From contig CAVUNG010000001.1 of NCBI GenBank assembly GCA_963742805.1, forward strand, positions 632,841 to 696,840: a DNA stretch of 64,000 nucleotides, written 5' to 3'. The stretch is from an uncultured Solirubrobacteraceae bacterium (lineage in GTDB: Bacteria > Actinomycetota > Thermoleophilia > Solirubrobacterales > Solirubrobacteraceae). Below the pieces are notes generated by a model. It was not told the DNA's origin. It saw only the letters and a program-made list of their open reading frames with translations, and ran no database searches. Below, in pieces: positions 37,915 through 48,868 of the stretch; the first letter of the stretch is position 1; each line of letters opens with the position of its first letter. The translations under genes were made by a program, and so were the position numbers.

Positions 37915-38069
37915 CGAAGCGATCATTGCACCGGAACTCCAGCGTCGGGGTAGGGGCCGCCCTACATTTTGCCCTCGCTCACGAGCCGCCACTGCCGCCC
38001 GAGCGACGGCCAGGAGCAGGTGGCGAGATCGAGCCGACCTCCCCTACCTGCTCCTGGCTCTAGGGCGCT

Positions 38070-38672
38070 TTAGCGGGCGGTAATGCTGCCAAGCCCGGTT
38101 CGGCCGGTCAGTCTCTCGATACCGGTCACCACAACCGCCGGTTCCCCTGTGAGGTAGCCAGCGGATTCGCCGAATTCCAGATCATCTGTGCCGACCGCAG
38201 GGGCCAGCGATCCTGCCAAGGCGACCGGCTCAAAGGTGCCGGTGCATTGCAGCAGCAGGGCGACTCCGACTATGTCGTTCTTGGGGACGAGCCCATGAAG
38301 GAGATGGGTGCCCCACGGAAGGCCACGCGCTTCGATGGTCACGTGGGAATGCGTCGGGCAGAAAGGGAGCGACTTCGGATAGAAAGAGCAGCGCGACGCG
38401 TCGAATTCACTGATTTCGCCCGTCCCGGCGCCGCCTTCCGGAGGATTTGTAATCGTACCGTTGGTCTTCACGCGGCAGCTCACGCCCGCTTCGAGCTCGG
38501 GCATGTGGAACGTCAGATCTCCGTGTGAGGCGACTGGGACGGTCTCTCCTGCCGGGATTAGCTCACGATGGCTGTACCAGTGAAGACTCGATTCCGCTTG
38601 CGCAGTTGCCGGCACCGCGATGAGTGCGGCGGCTGCCAGGATCGGGATGAGTCTGACGATGCGCTTGTTCAT
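38070..38672 (-). CDS. Secreted 4-Cys hypothetical protein (paralog of 32704-33303)
   Basis: AAGGAGG RBS; Sec signal ending AQA; shared motif set. Confidence 0.82.
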   Translation of the reverse strand: MNKRIVRLIPILAAAALIAVPATAQAESSLHWYSHRELIPAGETVPVASHGDLTFHMPELEAGVSCRVKTNGTITNPPEGGAGTGEISEFDASRCSFYPKSLPFCPTHSHVTIEARGLPWGTHLLHGLVPKNDIVGVALLLQCTGTFEPVALAGSLAPAVGTDDLEFGESAGYLTGEPAVVVTGIERLTGRTGLGSITAR

Positions 38673-39160
38673 TTGTGCCTCCTTGGATCGGGTGCTCGGC
38701 TGGCGGACTGGGTTCGCAGACGGGCACCGCTCAGCTTGGGTTGTTCTCTGCAGCCTGCCGGCGAGTGTGCCCTTCGGCCACCGGGTGCTCCCTAGGCTCG
38801 CTCTCGCGGGCGCCCGAGATCTGAGCTCGTGATTTCCCGAGGTCCAGCCGGGGGTGGTCCTCCTCGGGGCTACCGCGGTTCACGGGATCGCCGAGAACCG
38901 CACGGTGATTGGATAGCGCGGCGAGGCGAGTAACTCCGTGTTCGCGCTTCGAACGAGAACACCCGGTGGAAACCTTGATCCGCACAACGACGGCAGTTCA
39001 CCGCGCTCTCATCTTGGAGGCGATCCGGGTATCCGCACGTCGGTCCCTGCGCCGACGGCCAAGGTGTCAGGAGAGCGGGTCGTCGGCCACCCGAGACGCG
39101 AGTGCCTCGACCGGTTCTCCGTCGTCGCCCGCCGGCGACAACGGCGCGTGCTCCACCGAA

Positions 39161-42100
39161 TCAGAATTCGGCGATCGGTTCGCTGGGAATTTCCGTGGTG
39201 AAGTAGTAGTCGCTGCTGCGGTCGTAGATCTCGACCCCGATTTCGACGGCGCGGGTCTTTTCGCACAGTCCGCTGCTGGCTGCGCGATTCAGCCTTCCAA
39301 CGCCGGTTGCGGTTACGTAGGTGATGGTCTGCGGTTTGAAGCTCCCTTCGAACTTCGTGTATTCGTAAACGCACGATCCGAATTCGCTGAAGACGATCCG
39401 CGGGCGAGCTTTGAACACTGCCTTGCCGGCGGTGGAGAGGCTCTCGGCGCCGATCGAGCCGGAGATCGAGTAGAACAGGCCGCACTCGTCGCGCAGGGGC
39501 GTCTTCAACGTGACCGTGTCGGTGGGCTTGCCGGTGCTCGCGACCTTGCCTTCGGCTTCCAGTTCGCAGCGCCCATCGAACTGGATGCGCTGGGTGACTG
39601 GCGTGTGGGTGCTCACGCGAGCGCCCGCCGACAGTAGGTATAGGTCCTCTTCTGAGGGGGCGGGCCTGACGTGGAGCAGCCCCGCTCGATAGTCGAACCT
39701 GTAGTCGGGCGAGCTGCCGTTGCGACAGACGATCGTGTAGCTGCCCGGTCCGGTCACGGTCTTGGTCGTCTGACAGGTGGGCTGCGCGGTCAGGTTTGCG
39801 GGTGTTTCGCCGTCCACAAAGCCGTTGTAGGTCGGTGTGTATTGGGTGGGCAGCGTTTCGCCGTTGGTGTATGTGGGGCTTGGCGCGATGACGGTGAGCG
39901 CGGCCGGTTCGACGTTGACACTCTGCTGTGCCTGAGTGGCGGGCGCGTAGCTGCTGTTGCCGGCCTGATCGGCGTTGATCGTGCAGGTGCCAGGGTGGGC
40001 GAAGTGGATTGTTGGTCCTGTGAGCGTGCACACGTTGGCGGAGCTGGTGGCGACGGCAAGTGTGACCGGGTTGCCGGAGCCGCCGCCCGTTGCCGAGACG
40101 GAGTAGCTTTCACCGACCGTCCCAGGTGACGGCGCGTTCGATGTGAAGGCTATGGTCTGGGGCGGTAGCACGACGTAGTTGAAGGAGTAGGACCAGCCGA
40201 CCTTGTTGCCGGCGTTGTCCACGCAATCGCCGGTCAGGTCATCGCCGGTCACGGCCGGTCCGCTGTAGGTCACCGACGTACATTCGTGTAGACCGGAAAG
40301 GCTGTCCACGGCCCCGGCGGTCACCGTGAACGGAGCGGTGAAGACCGGCACGCCGTCGGTTGCGATCTCGTCGGGCGGGCGACTGGTCCTGACGATGACG
40401 TTGCCGGGCGGCTGCTCATCGACGTTGACGATCTGGGTATCGCTCGCGCTGTTGCCCGCTTGGTCGCTGCAGATGCCGGTCTCGGGCTGCCCTGAGCCTT
40501 CGCGGCTGACCGTTGTGGTGACCGATGAGGCGATCGTGGGTGATGCAGATGCCGCGCACGACCATGTGAGCGTGACCGGCTTGTCGTTCCAGCCGGCGCC
40601 GTTGGCCGCTGGGCTATCGCCGCTGAACGTGATCGTCGGAGGGGTGCGCTCGATGTCGATCGGGAGCACGTCGGTCGGGCTGCCGCCCTGGCGCAGGGCT
40701 ATCGTGTGCTTTCCCTCGGCGCTGAACTTGAATGTCGCGGGCAGGCTGACTTCCTTGCATTCGCCCGGTTTGGGTTCGTTGCAGAATTCACCGCTGTCGA
40801 TCCCGTACGCTGCCGAGCCCGAACCCCCGACCGTCACGACGACGTCGTCGGCGGTCCAGCTTCCGAACTGATAGTTGCCGTCGTCTGCGGCGCTCACGTG
40901 ATTGACGGCCTCGGCGGACACGGGCAGGCTGTTTCGCGTCGCAGCGACGATGTGGACGACTTCTGTTTTCGGCGTCTCGAACAGGCCACGGTTGTTCTCG
41001 GAGAAGAACTTGACGTTGTAGATGCCCGGTTCGTGCAGCCCGATCGGCGACTGCGCGTTGTACTTGGTGCAGGCCGACAAGTCCTGTGGCGAGCAGGCCG
41101 CGTCGTTGATCGAGTAGTAGGTAGCCTTGATGCGCGACACCGTCGGCAGCGCGGTCTGCGCCCGGAAGCTGAGGCCTACCTGTTCTGTGGTCTCGCTCCC
41201 GAAGTCGTAGAACCCCTTGCCGTAGGGCAGAGTCCCGTCAAGCTCTGTCTGTGGCGCGCCGAGTTCCCTGTAGACGCTTTCGGCGATGTATTCGGTGATC
41301 ACACGCTCGCCTTCTTCGTTGGGATGTGCCTCGCCACCGACCTGCTGCTCGATGCCGAGCGATTCAACGCTGGTGAGGAGGTTCGCGATGTTCAGCGATG
41401 TGCCGGGGGTGAAGGCTCGCACCCATGCCTCGTCGGGCTGGCCTTCGTTGCTTGTCCAGGCACAGAAGCCGTGCTGCTTGAACGCGCTCGCGATGCCGCT
41501 CACCAGATGCCATCCATAGCGGTGCGCGGCTTCGGTAATCGCTTCGTTGAGCGGCGTGAGCACGTCTTCGTAGGCCCACTGCCATGTGGCTGGGTTCAGC
41601 ACCTCCAGGGTGCATTCGTAGTTTGACTGGTAGGTGCCGAAGGTGCCGCCAGCGTTGTGCGTTGGATCGTAGTATTCGCTGATGAACACGTTGCTGATTT
41701 CGTGTTCGCCGAGCGCCTTGGCGAGTTTTTCGAAGAGCCCGGGGAGTTCTTCAACGTTTTCCTTGACGCTTTTGGTGAAGCTCGCGTTTTCCTGACAGAA
41801 GCCGAATTCCGCGAGGCACTTCTCGATCAGGTTGGCGAAGCCACCGTCGATGTTGTTGGCCCCGAGCGTCATGGTTAGCGCGGTGATATGCCTGGAGCCG
41901 AGCTGGGGTACCTGTTTGTCGATCACTTCCTGGACGTCGGCGCCCGCGCACGCCAGCTGCGTGTAGGACACGGCCCGGTTGGTTTCTTCTCGGAACTGCT
42001 GCGCGAGCTGCGTCGGCGGCGCGTGTTCTGACTGGTGGCAGGGACTTGGGTTGGTCCCAGCAGGGTAGGTCTGCAGGATTGTCGGCCCGAGGCCGTCGCT

Positions 42101-42682
42101 CCAGATTGCCTGCGGCAGCGCTCCTCCGGTCGAGCCGTTCGGGTTGCCCTCACCCGATGCAACGGAGTCGCCGATCGAGGCAAACATGTATTCGGCTTCG
42201 CTCACGACGATCGTGAACGTCGTCGTGTACCACACCGACGCCCCCGTGTTGTAGACCACCGTGACGTTGTAGGTGCCCGGCGCCGTGTAGGTGTGAGCTC
42301 CGCGCAGTTCGCATTGGTCGCAGTTGAAGCCCGCCAGCGAGCTGTGCGCTTCTTCCTCGCTGCCGTCGCCCCAGTAGACCTTTGGATTCGGCGCGGCTGC
42401 CACGTTGACGCTCGGCGCGAACTCCGTCGTGGCCAGCGTGATCTGCCCGGTGCTCGTGTAATCCGTCAGGGCGATCTCTTCGTGCGTGTAGACGTAGCCG
42501 CTGGACGCCAGCGCGGTGGTCGCTCCAGTCGCCATAAGCACCAGCGCCATCGCCACCAGCGCGACGACCAGGTCAAGTGCCCCGCGCGCCGGGCGGATCG
42601 GCTGGCCCTGGCAAGCGAAGTGCTTGAGTCGGACGACATGCGCTTCGGGACCGTGGAAACCTGACGCAAGGGGCGTGGACAC
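39161..42682 (-). CDS. Large secreted multidomain protein: PKD-like, SGNH/GDSL hydrolase, Ig-like/MBG-like repeats, uncharacterised C-terminal domain
   Basis: GGAGG + GTG at 42682; WGDGS..HTYTAPGTY; GDSVASGEG, ACAGA, GANN, HPN; TYNGFVDGET; ORF open to 42787. Confidence 0.8.
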   Translation of the reverse strand: MSTPLASGFHGPEAHVVRLKHFACQGQPIRPARGALDLVVALVAMALVLMATGATTALASSGYVYTHEEIALTDYTSTGQITLATTEFAPSVNVAAAPNPKVYWGDGSEEEAHSSLAGFNCDQCELRGAHTYTAPGTYNVTVVYNTGASVWYTTTFTIVVSEAEYMFASIGDSVASGEGNPNGSTGGALPQAIWSDGLGPTILQTYPAGTNPSPCHQSEHAPPTQLAQQFREETNRAVSYTQLACAGADVQEVIDKQVPQLGSRHITALTMTLGANNIDGGFANLIEKCLAEFGFCQENASFTKSVKENVEELPGLFEKLAKALGEHEISNVFISEYYDPTHNAGGTFGTYQSNYECTLEVLNPATWQWAYEDVLTPLNEAITEAAHRYGWHLVSGIASAFKQHGFCAWTSNEGQPDEAWVRAFTPGTSLNIANLLTSVESLGIEQQVGGEAHPNEEGERVITEYIAESVYRELGAPQTELDGTLPYGKGFYDFGSETTEQVGLSFRAQTALPTVSRIKATYYSINDAACSPQDLSACTKYNAQSPIGLHEPGIYNVKFFSENNRGLFETPKTEVVHIVAATRNSLPVSAEAVNHVSAADDGNYQFGSWTADDVVVTVGGSGSAAYGIDSGEFCNEPKPGECKEVSLPATFKFSAEGKHTIALRQGGSPTDVLPIDIERTPPTITFSGDSPAANGAGWNDKPVTLTWSCAASASPTIASSVTTTVSREGSGQPETGICSDQAGNSASDTQIVNVDEQPPGNVIVRTSRPPDEIATDGVPVFTAPFTVTAGAVDSLSGLHECTSVTYSGPAVTGDDLTGDCVDNAGNKVGWSYSFNYVVLPPQTIAFTSNAPSPGTVGESYSVSATGGGSGNPVTLAVATSSANVCTLTGPTIHFAHPGTCTINADQAGNSSYAPATQAQQSVNVEPAALTVIAPSPTYTNGETLPTQYTPTYNGFVDGETPANLTAQPTCQTTKTVTGPGSYTIVCRNGSSPDYRFDYRAGLLHVRPAPSEEDLYLLSAGARVSTHTPVTQRIQFDGRCELEAEGKVASTGKPTDTVTLKTPLRDECGLFYSISGSIGAESLSTAGKAVFKARPRIVFSEFGSCVYEYTKFEGSFKPQTITYVTATGVGRLNRAASSGLCEKTRAVEIGVEIYDRSSDYYFTTEIPSEPIAEF

Positions 42683-42998
42683 TTCGACCTCCTCCGCTGC
42701 GCCGGATAGCGCTCGGGTGGCATGGACCAGTTCAGTAGACGTCCTCAGCTTGCGCGAAGGAGGGCACCTGGGCCACCGGGTCCGCATGATCCTCTCGCTA
42801 GCGTCAACCCGAGACGGGGAGTATGGGAATCCCGACTACCGGCACGCCGCGGCTGGGACCTACGACGTGGGGAGTGACGTCAATGACTGGGCGCCGGGCT
42901 TAGATCAGGCGACCGCGGTCACCGCTACGGCGCTGACACACGCGCAAACGGAACCCTATTGGAACCTCAGCTAGCCGCCGACGGACCCGCCCCACGAC

Positions 42999-43025
42999 AA
43001 AAGGCCCCGATTTCCAGGGCCTTTT
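42999..43025 (-). terminator. Intrinsic terminator downstream of tRNA-fMet
   Basis: AAAAGGCCC...GGGCCTTTT hairpin with U-tract. Confidence 0.75.
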
Positions 43026-43030
43026 CTCGA

Positions 43031-43104
<74 letters not shown>

Positions 43105-43209
43105 TCGCTGTGTTCAGTTTTAGCAGAGAAGGCCAGCTTCGACCACCCTTCCCGGCGCCTGTTTGCGGCGGTTTTCCCGCGCTGCGAGGATCGCTTTAGG
43201 ATCTCGGCC

Positions 43210-44137
43210 GTGCGCGTCGCCGTCGTCGACATCGGAACCAACTCGACCCGCCTGCTGATCGCCGACGTCGACGCCGGATCGAGCGCCGTGGAGTCGATCG
43301 CCAGGCGCTCGCAGGTCACGCGTCTCGGCGACGGCGTCGACGCGACCGGGACCCTCGACCCCGACGATCGAGCGCACCTGGCGCGTGCTGAGCGATTACC
43401 GCGACGAGATCGACGAGCAGGGCTGCGAGGCGAACCTCGCCGTGCTGACCTCGGCCGTGCGCGACGCCTCCAACGGCGCGGAGTTCGCCGCGCGCGTGCG
43501 GGACGAGCTACGGGCTCGACGCGCGCGTGCTCAGCGGCGACGAAGAGGCGCAGCTCACCTTCCTCGGCGCGATGGCCGGGCGGCCGGCGCGCGGTCGAGC
43601 CGACCGTCGTGATCGACATCGGCGGCGGCTCGACCGAGTTCGTCGTCGGGACCGGGCGCAGCGCCGGCTTCCACGTCTCGCTGCCCGCGGGCGTGGTGCG
43701 GATGAGCGAGCGCCACATCCACACCGACCCGCCCGCGCCCGAGGAGCTGCAGGCGCTCGCGGCGGACACGCGCGCTGTCTTCGCAGCGCGGCCTGCCCGC
43801 GGACGAGCGCGCGGCCGTCACGCGCGGAATCGCGGTCGCCGGCACCGCCACCTCTGCGGCCTCGATCGACCAGGAGCTCGACCCCTACGACCCCGAGCGC
43901 GTGCACGGCTACCCGCTGCTGCTGGCGACCGTCGAACTGCTGCTCGCCCGGCTCGCCGACATGAACGAAGCGCAGCGCCGCGAAGTCGTCGGGCCTGCAC
44001 CCCGACCGCGCGCCCACGATCGTCGCCGGCATGATCCTGCTCTCGGAGGCGATGCGCGCCTTCGACCTCGAGCAGGTCGAGGTCTCCGAGCACGACATCC
44101 TCTACGGCGGCGCGCTGAGCCTCGCGACGGCAACTAG
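43210..44137 (+). CDS. ppx: Ppx/GppA phosphatase (several indels)
   Basis: AVVDIGTNSTRLL, TSAVRDASN, DIGGGSTE, VSEHDILYG spread over frames. Confidence 0.88.
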
Positions 44138-44206
44138 AGCGCTCGTCGCGCCTGGCGCCCACGCGCGCGAGCCCGCGCCGCGCGTGGCACCCACCTGACC
44201 AAAACC

Positions 44207-45903
44207 TCAGGCGAGGTTCGACTTGCGCGGGTAGACCACGGCGGGGTCGGTCAGCACGTTCACGAGCGCCGGCTTGCCCGGCTGCGAACGCGCGCTCGAG
44301 CGCGGGCGCGCACGTCCTGCGGGCGCTCCACCAGCTCGCCGTGCCCGCCGAGCGCCTCCACGACCTGGTCGTAGCGCGTCGCCGGGGCGCAGATCCGCCG
44401 CCACCGAGTAGCCGTAGAGGAACTCCATCGGGTGCTTCTCCAGCGCCCAGATGCCGTTGTTGCCCATCACGCCGACCACGTTCACGCCGTGGCGCGCGAG
44501 CGTGTCGAACTCCATCCCCGAGAAGCCGAACGCGCCGTCGCCGAGCAGCAGCACGACCTGGCGCTCGGGGTGCGCGAGCTTCGCCGCCAGCGCGTAGCCG
44601 GGGCCCGTGCCCAGGCAGCCGAACGGCCCCGGGTCCAGCCAGCAGCCGGGCTCGGTAGCTGTCGATCACGCGCCCGGCGTAGGAGACGAAGTCGCCGCCG
44701 TCGCCGATCACGATCGCGTCGCGGTCGAGCACCTTCGCCAGCTCCGCGTACAGGCGCATCGGGTGCAGCGGCGCGCGATCGTCCTCGAGCTCCGCGCGCT
44801 CGGCCTCGCGCCGCTCGGTCTCGACCGCGCGCAGCTCGCGCGATCCAGCTCTCGCTCGCCAGCGCCTGCCCGCCCGCCGCCACGCGCAGCTCGCTGAGCG
44901 TGTGCGCGAGCGCGCCGTAGCACTCCGCCGCCACCGCGCGCGGATGCGCGGCGCTCGGGCTCGGCCGCGTCGATCGACCACGATCTCCGTGTCCTCGCCG
45001 AACGACGCCCCGAAGCCGAGCCGGAAGTCCATCGGCACGCCGATCACGAGCGCCACGTCGGCGCCCTTCAGCGCCTGCGAGCGCGCGCGCGAGAAGAACA
45101 GCTCGTGGTCGGCCGGCACGCAGCCGCGCGCCAGCCCGTTCAGGAACACCGGGATGCGCAGCGTCCTCCGCCAGCTCCAGCAGCGCCTGCTCGCCGTGGC
45201 CCCAGTACAGGTCGGTGCCCGGCCATGATCACCGGCCGCTCGGCGCCCCTCAGCAGCTCGGCCGCCCGCTCGAGCGCGCCGCCGTCCGCGCCGCTGCGCG
45301 GCGCCGTCGTCCGCGCGCGAGCGCCGCCTCGCAGCTCGCCGTCCTCGGCCTGCTCGGCCGCCTCCATGAACACGTAGTCGAGCGGGAAGTCCACGAACGC
45401 CGGGCCGCCGTGAGGGCGCGAGCGCGGCCGCGAACGCCTCGTCGACGAGCCCCGGGATCTCCGCGGTCGCTCTCGGGCGTCGCCGCCAGCTTGCGTCAGC
45501 GGCCGCACGAACGGCACGTGGTCGATCTCCTGCAGCGAGCCCTGCCCCCAGCGCAGCGCCGGCGCGCGCCCGCCGAGCACCACCATCGGCGAGTGGTTGG
45601 CCTGCGCGGAGGCCATCGCGCTCATGCCGTTCGTCACGCCCGGCCCCGCCGTCAGCGCGCACACGCCCGGCTCGCGCGTGACCTTCGCCCAGCCCTCGGC
45701 CGCGAACGCCGCCGTCGACTCGTGGCGCACGTCGACGATCTCGATGCCCTCCTCGCGGCAGCCGTCGTAGATCGAGAACAGGTGCCCGCCGGACAGCGTG
45801 AACAGCCTGCTCACGCCGTGCGCCTTCAGCCGCCGCGCGATCAGCCGCCCGCCGTGGAAGGTCGCGGCGGCTCTGGGCGTGCTCTCGGTCGGTTCGGCGA
45901 CAT
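44207..45903 (-). CDS. ThDP-dependent enzyme, acetolactate-synthase-like (IlvG/HACL-like; several indels)
   Basis: [41 protein letters not shown]...NN. Confidence 0.88.
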
Positions 45904-45946
45904 CGGCCGCGACTCTATCTCGGATGCGCGGCGACCGATCAGCCGA

Positions 45947-46030
45947 TGCCCGGGGTGGGAGTCGAACCCACAGCCCTTTCGGGCCGTCGATTTTAAGTCG
46001 ACTGCGTATAGCCAGTTCCGCCACCCGGGC
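45947..46030 (-). tRNA. tRNA-Leu(TAA), bldA-type isoacceptor
   Basis: GTCGA-CTTAAAA-TCGAC anticodon arm, long variable arm, GGTTCGACTCC. Confidence 0.95.
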
Positions 46031-46167
46031 GCGCCCGTCCCGAGCGAGCTTACGGCCCCGGTCGGAGCCTTATGAAACCTTGCAACTCCCGGCTTAGCAC
46101 GGCGCAACTTGGCAGTTGGTACCGTGTCTCAATGGGCAGACTGAGACGAGGACCGAGTGCACTGCCG

Positions 46168-47800
46168 ATGGAGGTCTCCGCACTAACACAACCAAGCAGC
46201 ATGCCGGGCCTGCGCGGCCCGTCGGCTCTGCTGCGCCTGCAGTCCGACGAGCGCCTGATCGCGCTGACCCGCCGCGGCCAGCACGCCGCCTTCGAGGTCC
46301 TGTGCTCGCGCTACCAGTCGCGCCTGCTGTCCTTCTGCCGGCACATGCTCGCCTCGCGCGAGGACGCCGAGGACGTGCTGCAGGAGGTCTTCGCCGCCGC
46401 CTTCAACGCGGTCCTCGCCGACGAGCGCGAGATCAACGTGCGGCCCTGGCTCTACCGGATCGCGCGCAACCGCTCGCTCAACCACCTGCGCCGCGCCACC
46501 GCCGATCGGCGTGGACTCGATGGACATCCACTTCGCCGACAACGGCCTCTCGACCGGCGACAAGGTCCTGCGCCGCGAGAGCTTCCGCGAGCTGATCGCC
46601 GACGTCCAGCAGCTGCCCGAGACGCAGCGCACCGCGCTGCTGCTGCGCGAGATCGACGCGCTCTCCTACGAGCAGATCGCCGACGCGATGGAGACGACCG
46701 TGCCCTCGGTCAAGTCGCTGCTCGTGCGCGCCCGCATCTCGCTCGCCGAGGCCGCCGAGGCGCGCAAGCTGAGCTGCGAGGAAGTGCGCGCTGGAGCTCG
46801 GCGAAGTCGCCGAGGGCCTGATCAAGCTGAGCGCGCCCGCGCGCCGCCACGTGCGCGGCTGCGACCGCTGCCGCTCGCTTCAAGAAGCAGCTCAAGGACA
46901 ACAACCACCGCGCTCGCCGCCATCCTGCCCGTCGCGCCGCTGCTGCTGCTCAAGAAGCTGCTGCTCGCCAAGCTCGGCATCACCGCCTCCGCCGGCGGTG
47001 CCCACGTCGCGAGCGGCGCAGGCGCCGGCGCGACGGTCGGAGCCGGCGCCGCGGCCGGAGCGGCGGCCGGCGGCAGCAGCTTCGCGGGCGGCATGATGAC
47101 CGCCGGCGCGGGCGCTCTCGCGACCAAGGCCGTCGCCGGGCTCGCCGCCGCCGCGCTCGTCACCGCGGGCGCCGTCGCGACCGACCAGCAGGTCGCCTCG
47201 TCGCCTGCGCATCACCACCGGCGTCAGGCGGCGGCTGCCGCCGCCTCGGCCTCGACCGCCGCGGTCGCCGCCGTCGCGGCTCCCGTCGTCGTCGCGCGCG
47301 TCCGCGAGCAGCCGCTCACCGCGGGCGCCGTTCCCGCGCACGCCCGCGCGGCCAAGCGCGCGCACACGGTCAAGCCGGCCGCCGTGCCCGCCGCTGCGGC
47401 TCCGGCGACCGCCCTGCTGCCGGCCGCCACGCCGCCGGCGAGCGCCCCCGCGAGCACGCCCGCGCCCGCGACGCCAGAACAGGTGACGCAGGTGACCAGC
47501 GAAACCACAACGCTCCCGACCTCAGCTACGACCACCACCACGGAAACCACGCCGGCGCCCGTGACGACGCCGACGACCGGCACTCCCCCCGTGGTCCCGC
47601 CCGTCGAAGAAGCGCCGGCTGCAACCGCTCCGACCGCGACCGAAGCGGCTCCGACGACGCCGCCGCCGCCCGCTCCCGTGCGCGTCGTCCTGCACCACCG
47701 CACGGGCGGTACCGAGGCGCCCGCCGAGACCGGCGTGGAGCTCGGCCTCGGCAGCCACGCGGAACGCGCGCTGATCCGCGCCGCGCGCCGCGCCGGCTGA
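46168..47800 (+). CDS. ECF sigma factor with fused zinc-finger, hydrophobic segment and Pro/Thr/Ala-rich tail (indels; end uncertain)
   Basis: DAEDVLQEVF, WLYRIARN, LSYEQIA..VKSLLVRAR; then C...HVRGCDRC; low-complexity tail. Confidence 0.8.
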
Positions 47801-47813
47801 GCCGCCGCCGCTC

Positions 47814-48463
47814 TCAGCCGAAGCTGAAGGTCTTCAGCGGCCGCAGCAGGACGCCGCCGGAGGCGACTTCACTGGGTTCTTTGACTTCCGAGGTCGCCCC
47901 CGCCGCGGTCAGCATCACGATCTCGACGCCGCGGCGCGCGCCGGGCCGTTCGGGCAGCAGCAGCACGTCGCGGCCGTACAGCTCTCGGCCTTCGATGCGC
48001 ACCTTGTAGAGGATCTGGTAGGCGGGGACCTTGTTGACGCGCGTCTTGCCCTCCCCCGTGCGCACTGAGACCGGGGAAGCGGGCCGGCAGGGAGCGGGCG
48101 TAGCCGGTCGCGTAGACGGGCAGGGCGCCCGGACGGTTCGCCCTGATAAGGGGGCAGCACCAGCGGGTCGACCGCGAAGAGGTACTTGATCGAGCCGTCC
48201 GGGTAGCGCGCGACGACGCGGGCGTAGCCGCCGGGTTCCGGCTTCTCGCGGTACAGGCCGCGGTATCTGAACGAGAACGGGAGGCTGCCGCCATGGGAGT
48301 AGCGCGCCGGCTCCAGCGTGAGCACGACCGCCGCGACGAGCGCGAGGAACGCCACGCCGGCTGCGACGACGAGCGCCCGCCTGGCAGCGCCGGCGCGCCG
48401 CCAGCGCGGCGCCAGCAGGCGCCCGAGCGTCGGCCCGTACTCGGGCTTCACCGGGATCGCCAT
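47814..48463 (-). CDS. Hypothetical membrane-anchored protein (indels)
   Basis: Three consecutive ORF fragments with coding-like composition; starts 5 nt after the Lrp-domain gene. Confidence 0.6.
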
Positions 48464-48468
48464 CGGGA

Positions 48469-48744
48469 CTACTCGCCGACCGAGAACAGCGATTCGAGGT
48501 CGTGGCGCGAGTACGCGGCGAAGGCGACCATCGTCTGCGTGCGCACGACGCCGCCGAGACCGCCGATCTCGGCGGTGACGACGTCTGCGAGCTGCTCGTG
48601 GCGCGGAACCCGCACGATCGCCACGAAGTCCCACTCGCCCGTGACCGAGTAGGCCTCGGCGACGCCCTCGATGTCGGCGAGCTCGCCGCCCAGGCTGGAC
48701 AGGGCGTCGCGCTCTGCCTCGATCAGCACGACGGCGTTGGTCAT
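48469..48744 (-). CDS. Stand-alone Lrp/AsnC ligand-binding (RAM) domain protein
   Basis: EGVAEAYSVTGEWDFVAIVR..TQTMVAF; no HTH. Confidence 0.88.
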   Translation of the reverse strand: MTNAVVLIEAERDALSSLGGELADIEGVAEAYSVTGEWDFVAIVRVPRHEQLADVVTAEIGGLGGVVRTQTMVAFAAYSRHDLESLFSVGE

Positions 48745-48868
48745 CGTCACGCTCGCGGGCCTCCGGGGGCGGCTGGGTCAGGCACTCAGCCCACTGTACA
48801 GCGCGGCCGGGTGGGCCAGAGCAAGATCGGAGCGGACCGCTCGCAGCTCCGGTGCCGGCCGGGCCCTG

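Noticed and set aside
33304-38850. Shared GGACCTC/GATCTCGGGC words upstream of the two secreted paralogs
   Set aside because: Short, GC-rich and differently spaced; cannot be distinguished from chance by eye.
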